Source of the DNA: Alphaproteobacteria bacterium
GTDB taxonomy: Bacteria > Pseudomonadota > Alphaproteobacteria > UBA2966
Length of the DNA stretch: 64,000 nt
NCBI GenBank assembly: GCA_964291395.2
Contig: OZ219856.1
Coordinates: 512,001-576,000 of the forward strand
Direction of reading: 5' to 3'
The translations under genes and the position numbers were made by a program. Of this stretch, positions 47,793 through 56,747 are shown piece after piece; position 1 is the first letter of the stretch; every line of letters starts with the position of its first letter. The notes below the pieces were generated by a model. That model had not been told where the DNA came from. It saw only the letters and a list, made by a program, of their open reading frames with translations, and searched no databases.

Positions 47793-49925
47793 TCACCATA
47801 GGCCCTTCGGCAGCCCCACCAGATCCGGGATCCCGCGAACCTGATCGAACGCCCATCTGAGGTCCTGCTTCTGATGGCTGCTCAGCTGGGCCGGGTCGAT
47901 CCCGTTCGAAAGCTTGACGCCCGCCTCGATATCCCGGAGCTGTTGAACCAACACCAGCCCCATCAGTATCCGGTGCGCCTCGACGAGATTCGCGACCACG
48001 TGGCTCCCGACTCCGACCTGCTCCTGCACCGCCTTCAGACGTCCCGGAGTCGACCGCTCCGCCCTTCCGTATTTGAGCGCCAGAACCCGGGCGGTGGAAA
48101 AAATGGGAAGAATGCCGCCGGCCTTCAGATCCACGCGGCCGGCCGTCCGCTGCAACCGCCCGAACATGCCGACGGGAACCTGAAAATCCGCGGCGTTCAT
48201 CGACATCAAGTGGAGGAACCCGGTCGATCGCCGCGCGAGCTCCAGCCCCTCCTGCCGGACCCGGCCGCCCAGTTCAAGCGCCCCGTGCACCGGCAGGCCG
48301 TCGAAGAAAATGTCGGCGTTGAGGATATGTTCCGGCTTGGCGCCGCGAAGCCAGCCCCCGATGGTATCCCGCCAGCGGGTCGCGGACAGGCACCATTCGG
48401 CGTTCTTCGCCATCACGCCGCCGGCGCAATAGCTCACCCCGACGGCGTTCAGGATATCCGCCACGGACCCGCCCAGCTCCCTGAACCACCGGGAGGATTC
48501 GGGATCGTCCGCGGTCTCTCCGAAAACGATCGCGTTGTCCTGGTCCATGGCGAGCAGGCTCTCGCCGCGTCCGCCGGATCCGAGCACCAGCATGGCGTAC
48601 GCCGACGGGGGTTCTCCCCGGCCCCGCTCGATCATGTTCCGTTCCGCGATCTGGCAGGCGCGGCGCGTGAGTTCTCCCAGTTCCTTCGATATGACGGCCG
48701 CGATGTCCCTCGGATCCACCTCCTCGTCGGACAGTCCGCGCACCACCGTCGTCAGATCCGCCCAGACCCGTCCGAGCTCCTCGGCGTTCCGCGCCTGATC
48801 GACGCTGTCTCCCAGCGACACGGCGTCCTCCGCCCGCTGGTAGAGAAGGTCCCGCGAGCTCAGCACTCCCACCAAGGTGCCGCTTCCGTCCGTCACTCCC
48901 AGATGACGGACATTCGACGATGCCATCCTGTTCATCGCCCGGTAGAGAAGCTCGTTCCGGTCGACGGTCAGGAGCGGCCGACTCACGATGCCCGAGATCT
49001 CCAGACCGGCCAGGTCTTCCGGAGAGGCCTCGAGCGCCCGCAGAAGATCCCGTTCAGTGACGATGCCGTCTGCACGTCTGCCGTCCTCCGACCGCACGAA
49101 TACCGAACTGACGTTTTCACGCAGCATCAATCGGTTCGCCGACAACACGCGCTCGCGGGGTTCGACGACGATGGGCGGTGCGCGCATGACATCACGAACC
49201 CGGTGCCGGTAGGGGTAGCTGTCGATCCGCGCATAGGCGCTCACGGAACGGGGCACGGCGTCCTTGGCGGAAGCGACCTCATGCCAGCCGGCGCGGCTTT
49301 CCGCCTCGTGCCGGTCCGGCAGACCGAGGCAGGCCTGCTCCGCCTGGGCAAGCGTCGAGATCCCGCGGTCGCGCAGGAGGGGCGCGACGGCGACAAACAA
49401 TCGCGCGGTCAGCATTGCGTCTCGGAGGGCGTTATGACGGTTGGTCACGGGAATCCCCAACCATGCCGCGGCCGCCTCCAGGGACTCCACGTTGGGGGAG
49501 GGCACCAACAGTCGGAGCAGGTGCCGGACATCCAGGCAGCGCGGCGCGGTCCAGCGCAAACCGGAACGCCGGTGTTCGGCTTGCAGCACGCCGAGGTCGA
49601 AGCCGACGGAATACCCCACGACGAGCCCCTCGCCCGACCACGAGGTGAATGCCGACATGGCATCGCCGAACCCGGCGGCCCCGGAAACGTCCGAATCGGT
49701 AATGCCATGGATACGGCTTGCCGCTTCGGGTATCGGTATTCCCGGATCGACCAGGCAATCGAAGCTGGCGGCCTCGTCGAGGTGCCCGCCGACGATCTTG
49801 ACGGCGCCGATCTGCACGACCCGATCCCCGGAGGTATCGAAGCCCGTGGTCTCGGTATCGAGGACGGTTGCCGAAAGCGACGTCAACGGGACGCCGGACT
49901 GGCTTTCATCCCAGCGAAAGCTCAT
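47793..49925 (-). CDS. DEDDh 3'-5' exonuclease + CBS + DUF294 nucleotidyltransferase fusion
   Basis: VLDTETTG...HNALRDA; CBS GIVTERD; GSGGRGES...DQDNA; VDLKAGG. Confidence 0.88.
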   Translation of the reverse strand: MSFRWDESQSGVPLTSLSATVLDTETTGFDTSGDRVVQIGAVKIVGGHLDEAASFDCLVDPGIPIPEAASRIHGITDSDVSGAAGFGDAMSAFTSWSGEGLVVGYSVGFDLGVLQAEHRRSGLRWTAPRCLDVRHLLRLLVPSPNVESLEAAAAWLGIPVTNRHNALRDAMLTARLFVAVAPLLRDRGISTLAQAEQACLGLPDRHEAESRAGWHEVASAKDAVPRSVSAYARIDSYPYRHRVRDVMRAPPIVVEPRERVLSANRLMLRENVSSVFVRSEDGRRADGIVTERDLLRALEASPEDLAGLEISGIVSRPLLTVDRNELLYRAMNRMASSNVRHLGVTDGSGTLVGVLSSRDLLYQRAEDAVSLGDSVDQARNAEELGRVWADLTTVVRGLSDEEVDPRDIAAVISKELGELTRRACQIAERNMIERGRGEPPSAYAMLVLGSGGRGESLLAMDQDNAIVFGETADDPESSRWFRELGGSVADILNAVGVSYCAGGVMAKNAEWCLSATRWRDTIGGWLRGAKPEHILNADIFFDGLPVHGALELGGRVRQEGLELARRSTGFLHLMSMNAADFQVPVGMFGRLQRTAGRVDLKAGGILPIFSTARVLALKYGRAERSTPGRLKAVQEQVGVGSHVVANLVEAHRILMGLVLVQQLRDIEAGVKLSNGIDPAQLSSHQKQDLRWAFDQVRGIPDLVGLPKGLW

Positions 49926-50047
49926 CGGAAATCCGAGCGGCAGGCCGCGGTCGATCCGAGCGGGCGCCCGTCGTCACAGACGCGGTCGACACCGTCCTCG
50001 ACCTCCTTCGGGGGCCGCATCAGCGCCATGAACGATGCCTTCGCCAT
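49922..50047 (-). other. 41-aa ORF coupled to the DUF294 gene (possible collapsed gene)
   Basis: AGGGGAG RBS, ATG at 50047, stop overlaps the next start (ATGA). Confidence 0.35.
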
Positions 50048-50153
50048 CGGGGTTTCTCCCCTGCTGCCGCGGGAGCGTCCGCAGGCTTGCGGTATCATAG
50101 CCCGGCCGTGGGCCGACTCGACGATCGTGAGACTTTCGATGCGGCGGCCGGCC

Positions 50154-50741
50154 TCAGTTGTCGCGGCTTTCCCCGCCAAGCTGCCGTCTCGCCCAATCGA
50201 TGTTCTCCCGGGCATTTCGCGCATGCGGATTGACGGCCAACGCGCGCTCGAACCATTCGATCGCCTTCTGGAGATTTCCCGAGCGGATGCCGATCAGGCC
50301 GAGACCGGACAGGGCCCCGAAGTGACGCGGTTCGAGTTCTATCGTCCGTTCCGCATCGTGGGCGGACGCCTCCAGATTCCCGATGAGGTAGTAGAGCGTG
50401 GCGCGGTGGTTCCAGGCCTCCGCATACTCGGGGTCCATCGCGATGGCCTGATCGAAACTGGCCAGGGCTTTGGGAAAATCACCGCCCACCATGGCCGACC
50501 GGCCCGTCGACAGGAATTGGTCGATGCGCTCATCGCCCGATTCGTACCAGACCTCCCAGATACGTGTAACGGTCGCCTGCGCCCGGGCCGGGTCGGACGT
50601 GGTGCCCAGCACCGCGAACAGCTCGTCAAGCCTCGGATCGTCCTGGCGCGCGACCGCAGGCGGACAAAGCAGCCCCACGACCACCGCGCCGACGAGGAGG
50701 GAAGCCGATGTCCGCATTGGAGGTTTCATCCCCACGATCAT
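50154..50741 (-). CDS. secreted tetratricopeptide repeat protein
   Basis: Signal peptide; PEYAEAWNHRA, EPRHFGALSGLG. Confidence 0.85.
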   Translation of the reverse strand: MIVGMKPPMRTSASLLVGAVVVGLLCPPAVARQDDPRLDELFAVLGTTSDPARAQATVTRIWEVWYESGDERIDQFLSTGRSAMVGGDFPKALASFDQAIAMDPEYAEAWNHRATLYYLIGNLEASAHDAERTIELEPRHFGALSGLGLIGIRSGNLQKAIEWFERALAVNPHARNARENIDWARRQLGGESRDN

Positions 50742-51160
50742 TCCTCCACGGTGCCCGCGCTGACCGCGGCGAGGTGTTCCGGCCGTTCCGCGAACCAGGC
50801 CTCGGCCCGCGTCACGTGCTCGTCTTCATAGGATAGGGCATAAAGCACGGCTTGGTCGGGATTGGTCACTTCCTCGACACCGATCCGCTCGATCCAGGCG
50901 GTCAACACCGCGCGAAATACCTGCTCCGGATAGGTTTCCGCATCGTCGAGCGGAAGTCCCAGCGCTTCGATCGACGTCCGAAGCTCGCCGGGCGGCGCGC
51001 CGGCGATACCCCGGTAGAACGCGACCAGAGCGGCCCGGCGTTCCGGCCACAACAACGTCGCCACTTGCCGCACCAGCTCGTCGACGTACTGGCGAAATAC
51101 GGGTCCGAGACGTTCGTAGAACGCCTCCTTTCCCGCCCGCTCGGAGTCGCGTTCCTCCAT
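50738..51160 (-). CDS. hypothetical protein
   Basis: 140 aa, acidic; ATGA overlap with the TPR gene. Confidence 0.65.
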   Translation of the reverse strand: MEERDSERAGKEAFYERLGPVFRQYVDELVRQVATLLWPERRAALVAFYRGIAGAPPGELRTSIEALGLPLDDAETYPEQVFRAVLTAWIERIGVEEVTNPDQAVLYALSYEDEHVTRAEAWFAERPEHLAAVSAGTVEE

Positions 51161-51692
51161 GGGAGATTCGTGGAGAAAGATGCGGCGATTTTCAAGTGCC
51201 GAGAATCTTGGGCTCGAGCGGGGTCGGACCGCGATTCAGCGCGGGCCGCGCCGCGGGACGCGCGCTTTCTTCTCGGCTTTCGCGAGCTCCCGCTGTAGGC
51301 GTTCGAAACCATGGTTCGGCTTCCGGGTAATCCACGCTCTCCATGACGTTCAGCCGGAGCGGCCGCCGCCCGCCCCATACGGCGCTTCCTGAAGACGTCG
51401 CCACGCGTCACCATCGCCGCGCCGATTTTACGCCTGCCGCGTTCGACATACACCTCCCGGATGGAGTCGCCCGTACGCAGGATCGGCTCAAACGGGGCCA
51501 TGCGCAGACGTTATCACGGATGCCGGACCAAAATTCCTCCGTCATGGTCATGCCTTGTTTTTCGAGGGGGCTGGCAAGACTCTCACGATCTGCACGGCGG
51601 AGACCGCGAAGGTGATCGGTGCTAAATTGGGAAGTATGGCGGCCCGGCATGATCGGCGTCGCGACCAGCCTCCACAACGGACGGGCAGCCAC

Positions 51693-52841
51693 ATGACTTC
51701 ACCTCAGCCGTTCCGGATTTCGGTTTCCGACGAGACCCTCGATCGCATACGGACCAGGGTCGCCGACTACCGGTGGCACGAGATGCCGGACGACGGCGGC
51801 TGGGGCTACGGCACCAATCTCGACTACATGAAGGAGTTCTGCGCCTACTGGGTGGAGGATTTCGACTGGCGGGCGCAGGAGGAGCGGCTCAACCGTTTCT
51901 CTCATTTCACCGCGCCCGTCGGCGGCATCGGCATCCACTTCATCCACGAGAAGGGCAGCGGGCCGGAGCCCCTGCCGCTGCTCGTCGCCCACGGCTGGCC
52001 CGGTTCGATCTCGGAGTTCGACGGGATCATCGAGCCGTTGGCCCATCCCGAACGCTTCGGCGGCAGCGAGGAGGACGCGTTCGACGTGATCGCCCCGTCG
52101 CTGCCGGGCTTCGGCTTTTCGGGCCGGCCGCCGAGGCCGATGGGGCCGCGGGGCATGGCCGGCGTGTTCGCCAGTCTGATGACCGAGTCCCTGGGATACG
52201 GGAGCTACGTGGCCCAGGGCGGCGATTGGGGCGGCGCCATCTCGAGCTGGCTCGGGCTGGAGCACGCGCCGGCGTGCCGGGCCATCCACATCAACATCCT
52301 GACCATGCGCCATCCGGACGGTCCGCAGGGCCCGGAGGAGGAGGCCTGGGCCGCCCGCTTCGAGCGGGAGCAGGAGATGGAGAACGGCTACCGCACGATC
52401 CAGGCAACCAAACCGCAGACGCTGAGCTACGCCATGAACGACAGTCCCGTCGGAGTCGCGGCCTGGATCGTCGAGAAATTCAATTCCTGGTCGGACACCG
52501 ACGGCGACGACATCGAGAGCGCCCACACCAAGGACGAGCTTCTGACCAACATCATGATCTATCTGGTGACGGGCACCTTCAACTCGGCGAGCTGGATCTA
52601 CTACGGCCGGCGCGAGGAGGGGGGGCGCATCCTCTCCCCGGAGGGCAGGCGGGTCGAGGTGCCGACAGGATGCGCCTTGTTTCCCGAGGAGCTCCTGGCC
52701 TGGCCGCCCCGCAGCTACGTGGAGCGGCTCTACAACGTCACGCATTGGACCGAGATGCCGCGGGGCGGACATTTCGGGGCCATGGAGGAGCCGGAGCTGA
52801 TGATCGAGGACATTCGCGCGTTCGCGCGGATGCTGAGGTGA
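51693..52841 (+). CDS. epoxide hydrolase (EHN + alpha/beta hydrolase)
   Basis: FDWRAQE, HGWPGS, GGDWG, GGHF. Confidence 0.92.
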   Translation: MTSPQPFRISVSDETLDRIRTRVADYRWHEMPDDGGWGYGTNLDYMKEFCAYWVEDFDWRAQEERLNRFSHFTAPVGGIGIHFIHEKGSGPEPLPLLVAHGWPGSISEFDGIIEPLAHPERFGGSEEDAFDVIAPSLPGFGFSGRPPRPMGPRGMAGVFASLMTESLGYGSYVAQGGDWGGAISSWLGLEHAPACRAIHINILTMRHPDGPQGPEEEAWAARFEREQEMENGYRTIQATKPQTLSYAMNDSPVGVAAWIVEKFNSWSDTDGDDIESAHTKDELLTNIMIYLVTGTFNSASWIYYGRREEGGRILSPEGRRVEVPTGCALFPEELLAWPPRSYVERLYNVTHWTEMPRGGHFGAMEEPELMIEDIRAFARMLR

Positions 52842-52900
52842 GCGCGCGAGATGCCGGCCGATGGGCTCTTTCCGCCAGACGGTCGCCGCCGCCTGCCGGT

Positions 52901-53569
52901 TCACGGCCTCCGGCTCAGGAAATCGAAATAGGTGTCAGGGTAGGGTTCGCCGCTCAGGGCGAAGTGCCACCACTCCTGGGCGTAGGGCAGGAACCCCCGT
53001 GCCGTCATGAGGCTCTGCAGCAGCGCTCGGTTCGCCCGCTGCTGGGGCGTGACCTCGCGGCTGTCCGGCCAGGAAGCCGGCCCGAAATAATCGAACGGGG
53101 ATCCCATGTCGAGTTCACGGAGCAGCCCGTCGCCTTCGCGGTAGACGATGGTGACGTCCACCGTGCTGCCCCTCGAGTGGCTTGACCGGCTGGCGATATA
53201 GCCCTCCTCGAACAGGTTCTCCTTGGCGACGTCGGGGTAGTAGTCGGGCTTGGTCCGTTGATCGTCGAGATCCCTACCCCACCGGACGAAGTGATCGACC
53301 GCCCGCTGCGGCCGGTAGGCATCGAAGATCTTGAGCCCGAGGCCGAAGGGCCGCAGCACCGCCTGGACCCCGGCGAGAGCCGTGGCGGCCGGCGCCGACA
53401 GGACCGCGCGTGCGTGCCGGTACCCGTCGATCCGCTGGCCGACGAAGTTGTTCGCGGTGGCGTAGCGCAGGTCGATCGCGAGATCGGGAATCGCCTGGTC
53501 GAGGTAGACGAAGCCATCCGGGAGGGGATGACGGTCGTTCGCGGCAACCGCGGGGGCACTGGCCGCCAC
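52901..53569 (-). CDS. ddpX: D-alanyl-D-alanine dipeptidase (M15D)
   Basis: LRYATANNFVG, DAYRP, SSHSRGSTVD, EWWHF; 5' end may be truncated. Confidence 0.88.
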   Translation of the reverse strand: MAASAPAVAANDRHPLPDGFVYLDQAIPDLAIDLRYATANNFVGQRIDGYRHARAVLSAPAATALAGVQAVLRPFGLGLKIFDAYRPQRAVDHFVRWGRDLDDQRTKPDYYPDVAKENLFEEGYIASRSSHSRGSTVDVTIVYREGDGLLRELDMGSPFDYFGPASWPDSREVTPQQRANRALLQSLMTARGFLPYAQEWWHFALSGEPYPDTYFDFLSRRP

Positions 53570-53581
53570 CAGAGGCGCGGT

Positions 53582-54520
53582 TCAGGCTGCCTTCTCGCCC
53601 CGGATCGTCGTGCGATGCATGTGCCGGCGGTCTTTCTCGTAGTCGTAGTCGTTGATGGCGTAGTGCATCAGCGTGCGGTTGTCCCAGAACACGATATCGT
53701 TCGGTCTCCACGCGTGGCGGTACACGAACCGCGGCTGCGAGGCGTGATCTGCGAGGAAGTCGAGCAACGCGGCGCTTTCCTCCCGCGTCATGCCGACGAT
53801 GCCGGTCGTGAACCCGGGACTGAGGAACAACGACTTGCGCCCCGTCTCGGGATGCTCGCGCACGAGGGGATGGATCACCGGCGGAGTCCTGGCCAGCTGC
53901 TCCGGCGTGATCGGTTCGTTGAGACCGAGGTTCTTCACGAGGCTCTGCACCTTGGCGAAACTGTGCTCGGCCTCCAGCCCTTCCAGAAACGACCGCATCG
54001 GCGCGGACAGGGCGTCATAGGCCAACGCCAGGTTCGCGAACATGGTGTCGCCGCCGACCTCGGGAACCTCGATGGCGCGGAGCAGGGAGCCGAGCGACGG
54101 TTGCGCCATATAGGAGAGGTCGGAATGCCAATAGTGCCCGGCGCCGGCGCGACCCACGCGTTTCCCGTCCTTCTTCAGGTTCGAGAGGATGTAGATCTCG
54201 GGCAGCCCGTCGAGCAGGGCGTCGTTCAAGACATGATGCTCGAGTTCCCCGAAGCGCCTGCTGAACGCGACATGAGCCTCGGGCGAGATGTCCTGGTCGC
54301 GGAACAACAGCAGGCCATGGGTGTTGAAGGCATTCCGCAGCGTAGCGATCTCGGCGTCGGAGAAGTCCCGCGACAGGTCGATATCGCGGACCAGCGCACC
54401 CAACGCCTGCGAGGCCTTCGTGACGGTCATCTTCGATTCGGCGACGCGGCGGCGCGGCGGAGCCTGCCTCCCGGCCTTGCCCGCGCGCTCCGCGCCGGCG
54501 GTCTCGCTTGCGATTGACAT
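53582..54520 (-). CDS. TauD/TfdA family 2-oxoglutarate/Fe(II) dioxygenase
   Basis: WHSD, GGDT, HPETGRK, WDNR..MH, MHR. Confidence 0.92.
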   Translation of the reverse strand: MSIASETAGAERAGKAGRQAPPRRRVAESKMTVTKASQALGALVRDIDLSRDFSDAEIATLRNAFNTHGLLLFRDQDISPEAHVAFSRRFGELEHHVLNDALLDGLPEIYILSNLKKDGKRVGRAGAGHYWHSDLSYMAQPSLGSLLRAIEVPEVGGDTMFANLALAYDALSAPMRSFLEGLEAEHSFAKVQSLVKNLGLNEPITPEQLARTPPVIHPLVREHPETGRKSLFLSPGFTTGIVGMTREESAALLDFLADHASQPRFVYRHAWRPNDIVFWDNRTLMHYAINDYDYEKDRRHMHRTTIRGEKAA

Positions 54521-54749
54521 CGATCGTTCCCCTTCGGCAGGTCGTCCCTTGGGATGGGAATATGCCGTCTATCACCGGACCTTGGCAAATTCACGCTGCG
54601 CGGCATCCGGGGCCAAGGGGATTCCCCTTCACGGTAATCGGAACGAACGCCGCCGCCTTGGGCGCCGGGCGCGTTCGTGATATGCAGGCGCGCCCGTCCG
54701 GGCGATCCATCGCGCACCCCGTTCCCAACCACGGGCAAGACATACGGTA

Positions 54750-55235
54750 ATGACCATATCTGACAAAGCCCTCCTTCACGTCCTCAAGCTGCTTGAGGAG
54801 GCCGACAACCTCGCGATCGAGGTCGAGTCGGGTGGCATGCGTCTCACGGCCCGGAAAGGCGACGCCGCCTCAATTCCGCGGACGGATGCCGCTGCCACAG
54901 GTCCGAATGCGAGCGGTGGTGAGGCCGGCGCTCCGTTGCCGGAACCGGCACCCGCGGCGGCGACCGAACCGTCCGCCGACGCGGCGGAAGACGGGGTGAT
55001 CGTCGTGCGTTCACCGATGAAGGGCACGTTCTACCGGGCTCCGGCTCCGGGAGAACCCCCGTACTGCGACGCCGGCGACCGGGTCGGCCCCGACGACACC
55101 GTGTGCCTGGTCGAGATCATGAAGCTGTTCAACTCGATCCCGGCCGGGGTCTCGGGGACCGTCGAGAGGTTCTTCGTCGAGAACGCCGCACCCGTCGACT
55201 TGAACCAGCCCATCGTCTCGATCCGTGCCGACTGA
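54750..55235 (+). CDS. accB: biotin carboxyl carrier protein
   Basis: Ala/Pro linker, SPMKGTFYRAP, EIMKL biotinylation motif. Confidence 0.9.
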   Translation: MTISDKALLHVLKLLEEADNLAIEVESGGMRLTARKGDAASIPRTDAAATGPNASGGEAGAPLPEPAPAAATEPSADAAEDGVIVVRSPMKGTFYRAPAPGEPPYCDAGDRVGPDDTVCLVEIMKLFNSIPAGVSGTVERFFVENAAPVDLNQPIVSIRAD

Positions 55236-55263
55236 GGCCGCTGCACCAAAGCCTGATCCGCCA

Positions 55264-56745
55264 ATGTCCCGGCGATTACAGGTCTTCGACACCACCCTGC
55301 GGGACGGGCACCAGTGCCTGTGGGCGACGCGCATGCCGACGGCCATGATGCTGCCGGTCATCGAGACCTTCGATCGCACGGGCTATGGTGCCATCGAGCT
55401 GATGGGCAACGTGCATTTTGACGCCTGCGTTCGCTATCTGCGTGAGAATCCCTTTGAACGCCTGCGTGAAGTCAAGAAGCGGCTGGTCCGGACGCCGCTC
55501 CAGGGCTTCATCCGCAGTGCCTGCGTCCTCGGATTCGACATCAAGCCCGCCGATATCAACCGCCTTTGGGTCGACGTCCTGCTGCGCAACGGGACCGACC
55601 GTCTGCTCGCCTTCGACGGGCTTCACGATTTCGACAACACGGCGCCCTACCTGAGATACGCGAAGGAAAACGGGGCGCGGACCGTCCATTGGCTGATATT
55701 CAGCGACAGTCCGGTCCATACCGACGAGATGTATGCCGCCAAGGCGCGCGAGATCATCGACCGCGCCGACGTCGACGAGATCGTCATCCAGGACACGAGC
55801 GGAATCCTCACGCCGGAGCGCGCGGCAACTCTCGTGCCGGCGCTGAGGGCCGCGGCCGGCGACCGGCCGTTGGGTCTACACAGCCATTGCCTGGTGGGTC
55901 TTCCCCAGCGGACCTATCTCGAGGCCGCGCGGCACGGCGTGGACGGGCTGTATACCTGCGTCTCCCCCATCGCCGACGGTAACGCGCCGCCCTCGGTCCA
56001 GACGACAGCGAGAAATCTGCGCTATGCGGGCTATGAGCTCGACATCGACGACGCGGCGATCGATGCCATCAGCCGACATCTCGACGCCGGGATCACCCTG
56101 CTCGGCAAGCCCCCGGGGCGGCCGCAGGATTTCGATCTCGGTCAGTTCGATCACCAGATCCCTGGCGGCGTGATGTCCAATCTGATCGCCAATCTGGAGC
56201 AGGCGGGCATGGCCGACCGGCTCGCCGCGGTCCTTGAGGAATCCGGCCGGGTGCGGGCCGAACTGGGTTGGCCCATCATGGTCACGCCGTTTTCCCAGCA
56301 CGTCGCCGTGCAGGCGGCGCTCAACATCATCCACGGCGAGCGCTACGGTGTCGTCCTCGACGAGGTCAAGCTCTACGCCTTGGGATATTTCGGAAAGCTG
56401 CCGGCCCCGGTCGAGCCGGACGTCCTGGACCGCATCATCGAGAGGGGATCGGCGGCGATCGCCTTGGACCCCCCGGAACCGGAGCCGGCCGTGGAGCGGC
56501 TGCGCCGGCAGTATCCCGGAATCGACGATGAGGAGCGCATGCTTCGCTATTCCTTCCCGGAGGATGCGGTCGACGACCTCTACGCCCGGCCCGGCGACAA
56601 CCTGCCCCCGACGATGTCCGTTCCGTTCCTCGACCTGGTCGACAAGCTGCGGGACCGGAACGTCCCGGCCCGGATCTCGGCCGGGGGCGCGGACATCGAC
56701 GTGGAGATCAGTCCCGCCGCGGCGTCCCGCGGGAGCGGCGCGTAG
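55264..56745 (+). CDS. pyruvate/oxaloacetate carboxyltransferase-like subunit (PycB/OadA/5S-like), paralog 1, no biotin domain
   Basis: DTTLRDGHQ, HSH, HQIPGG..SN, VTPFSQ; IQDTSG in place of IKDMAG. Confidence 0.85.
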   Translation: MSRRLQVFDTTLRDGHQCLWATRMPTAMMLPVIETFDRTGYGAIELMGNVHFDACVRYLRENPFERLREVKKRLVRTPLQGFIRSACVLGFDIKPADINRLWVDVLLRNGTDRLLAFDGLHDFDNTAPYLRYAKENGARTVHWLIFSDSPVHTDEMYAAKAREIIDRADVDEIVIQDTSGILTPERAATLVPALRAAAGDRPLGLHSHCLVGLPQRTYLEAARHGVDGLYTCVSPIADGNAPPSVQTTARNLRYAGYELDIDDAAIDAISRHLDAGITLLGKPPGRPQDFDLGQFDHQIPGGVMSNLIANLEQAGMADRLAAVLEESGRVRAELGWPIMVTPFSQHVAVQAALNIIHGERYGVVLDEVKLYALGYFGKLPAPVEPDVLDRIIERGSAAIALDPPEPEPAVERLRRQYPGIDDEERMLRYSFPEDAVDDLYARPGDNLPPTMSVPFLDLVDKLRDRNVPARISAGGADIDVEISPAAASRGSGA

Positions 56746-56747
56746 CC

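Noticed and set aside
52901-53569. Vancomycin resistance (vanX)
   Set aside because: No vanH/vanA/vanRS nearby; a lone M15D dipeptidase is common in Gram-negative bacteria.
54581-54600. Sigma-54 promoter (TTGGCA...CTGC) upstream of accB
   Set aside because: GG-to-GC spacing does not fit the -24/-12 consensus.
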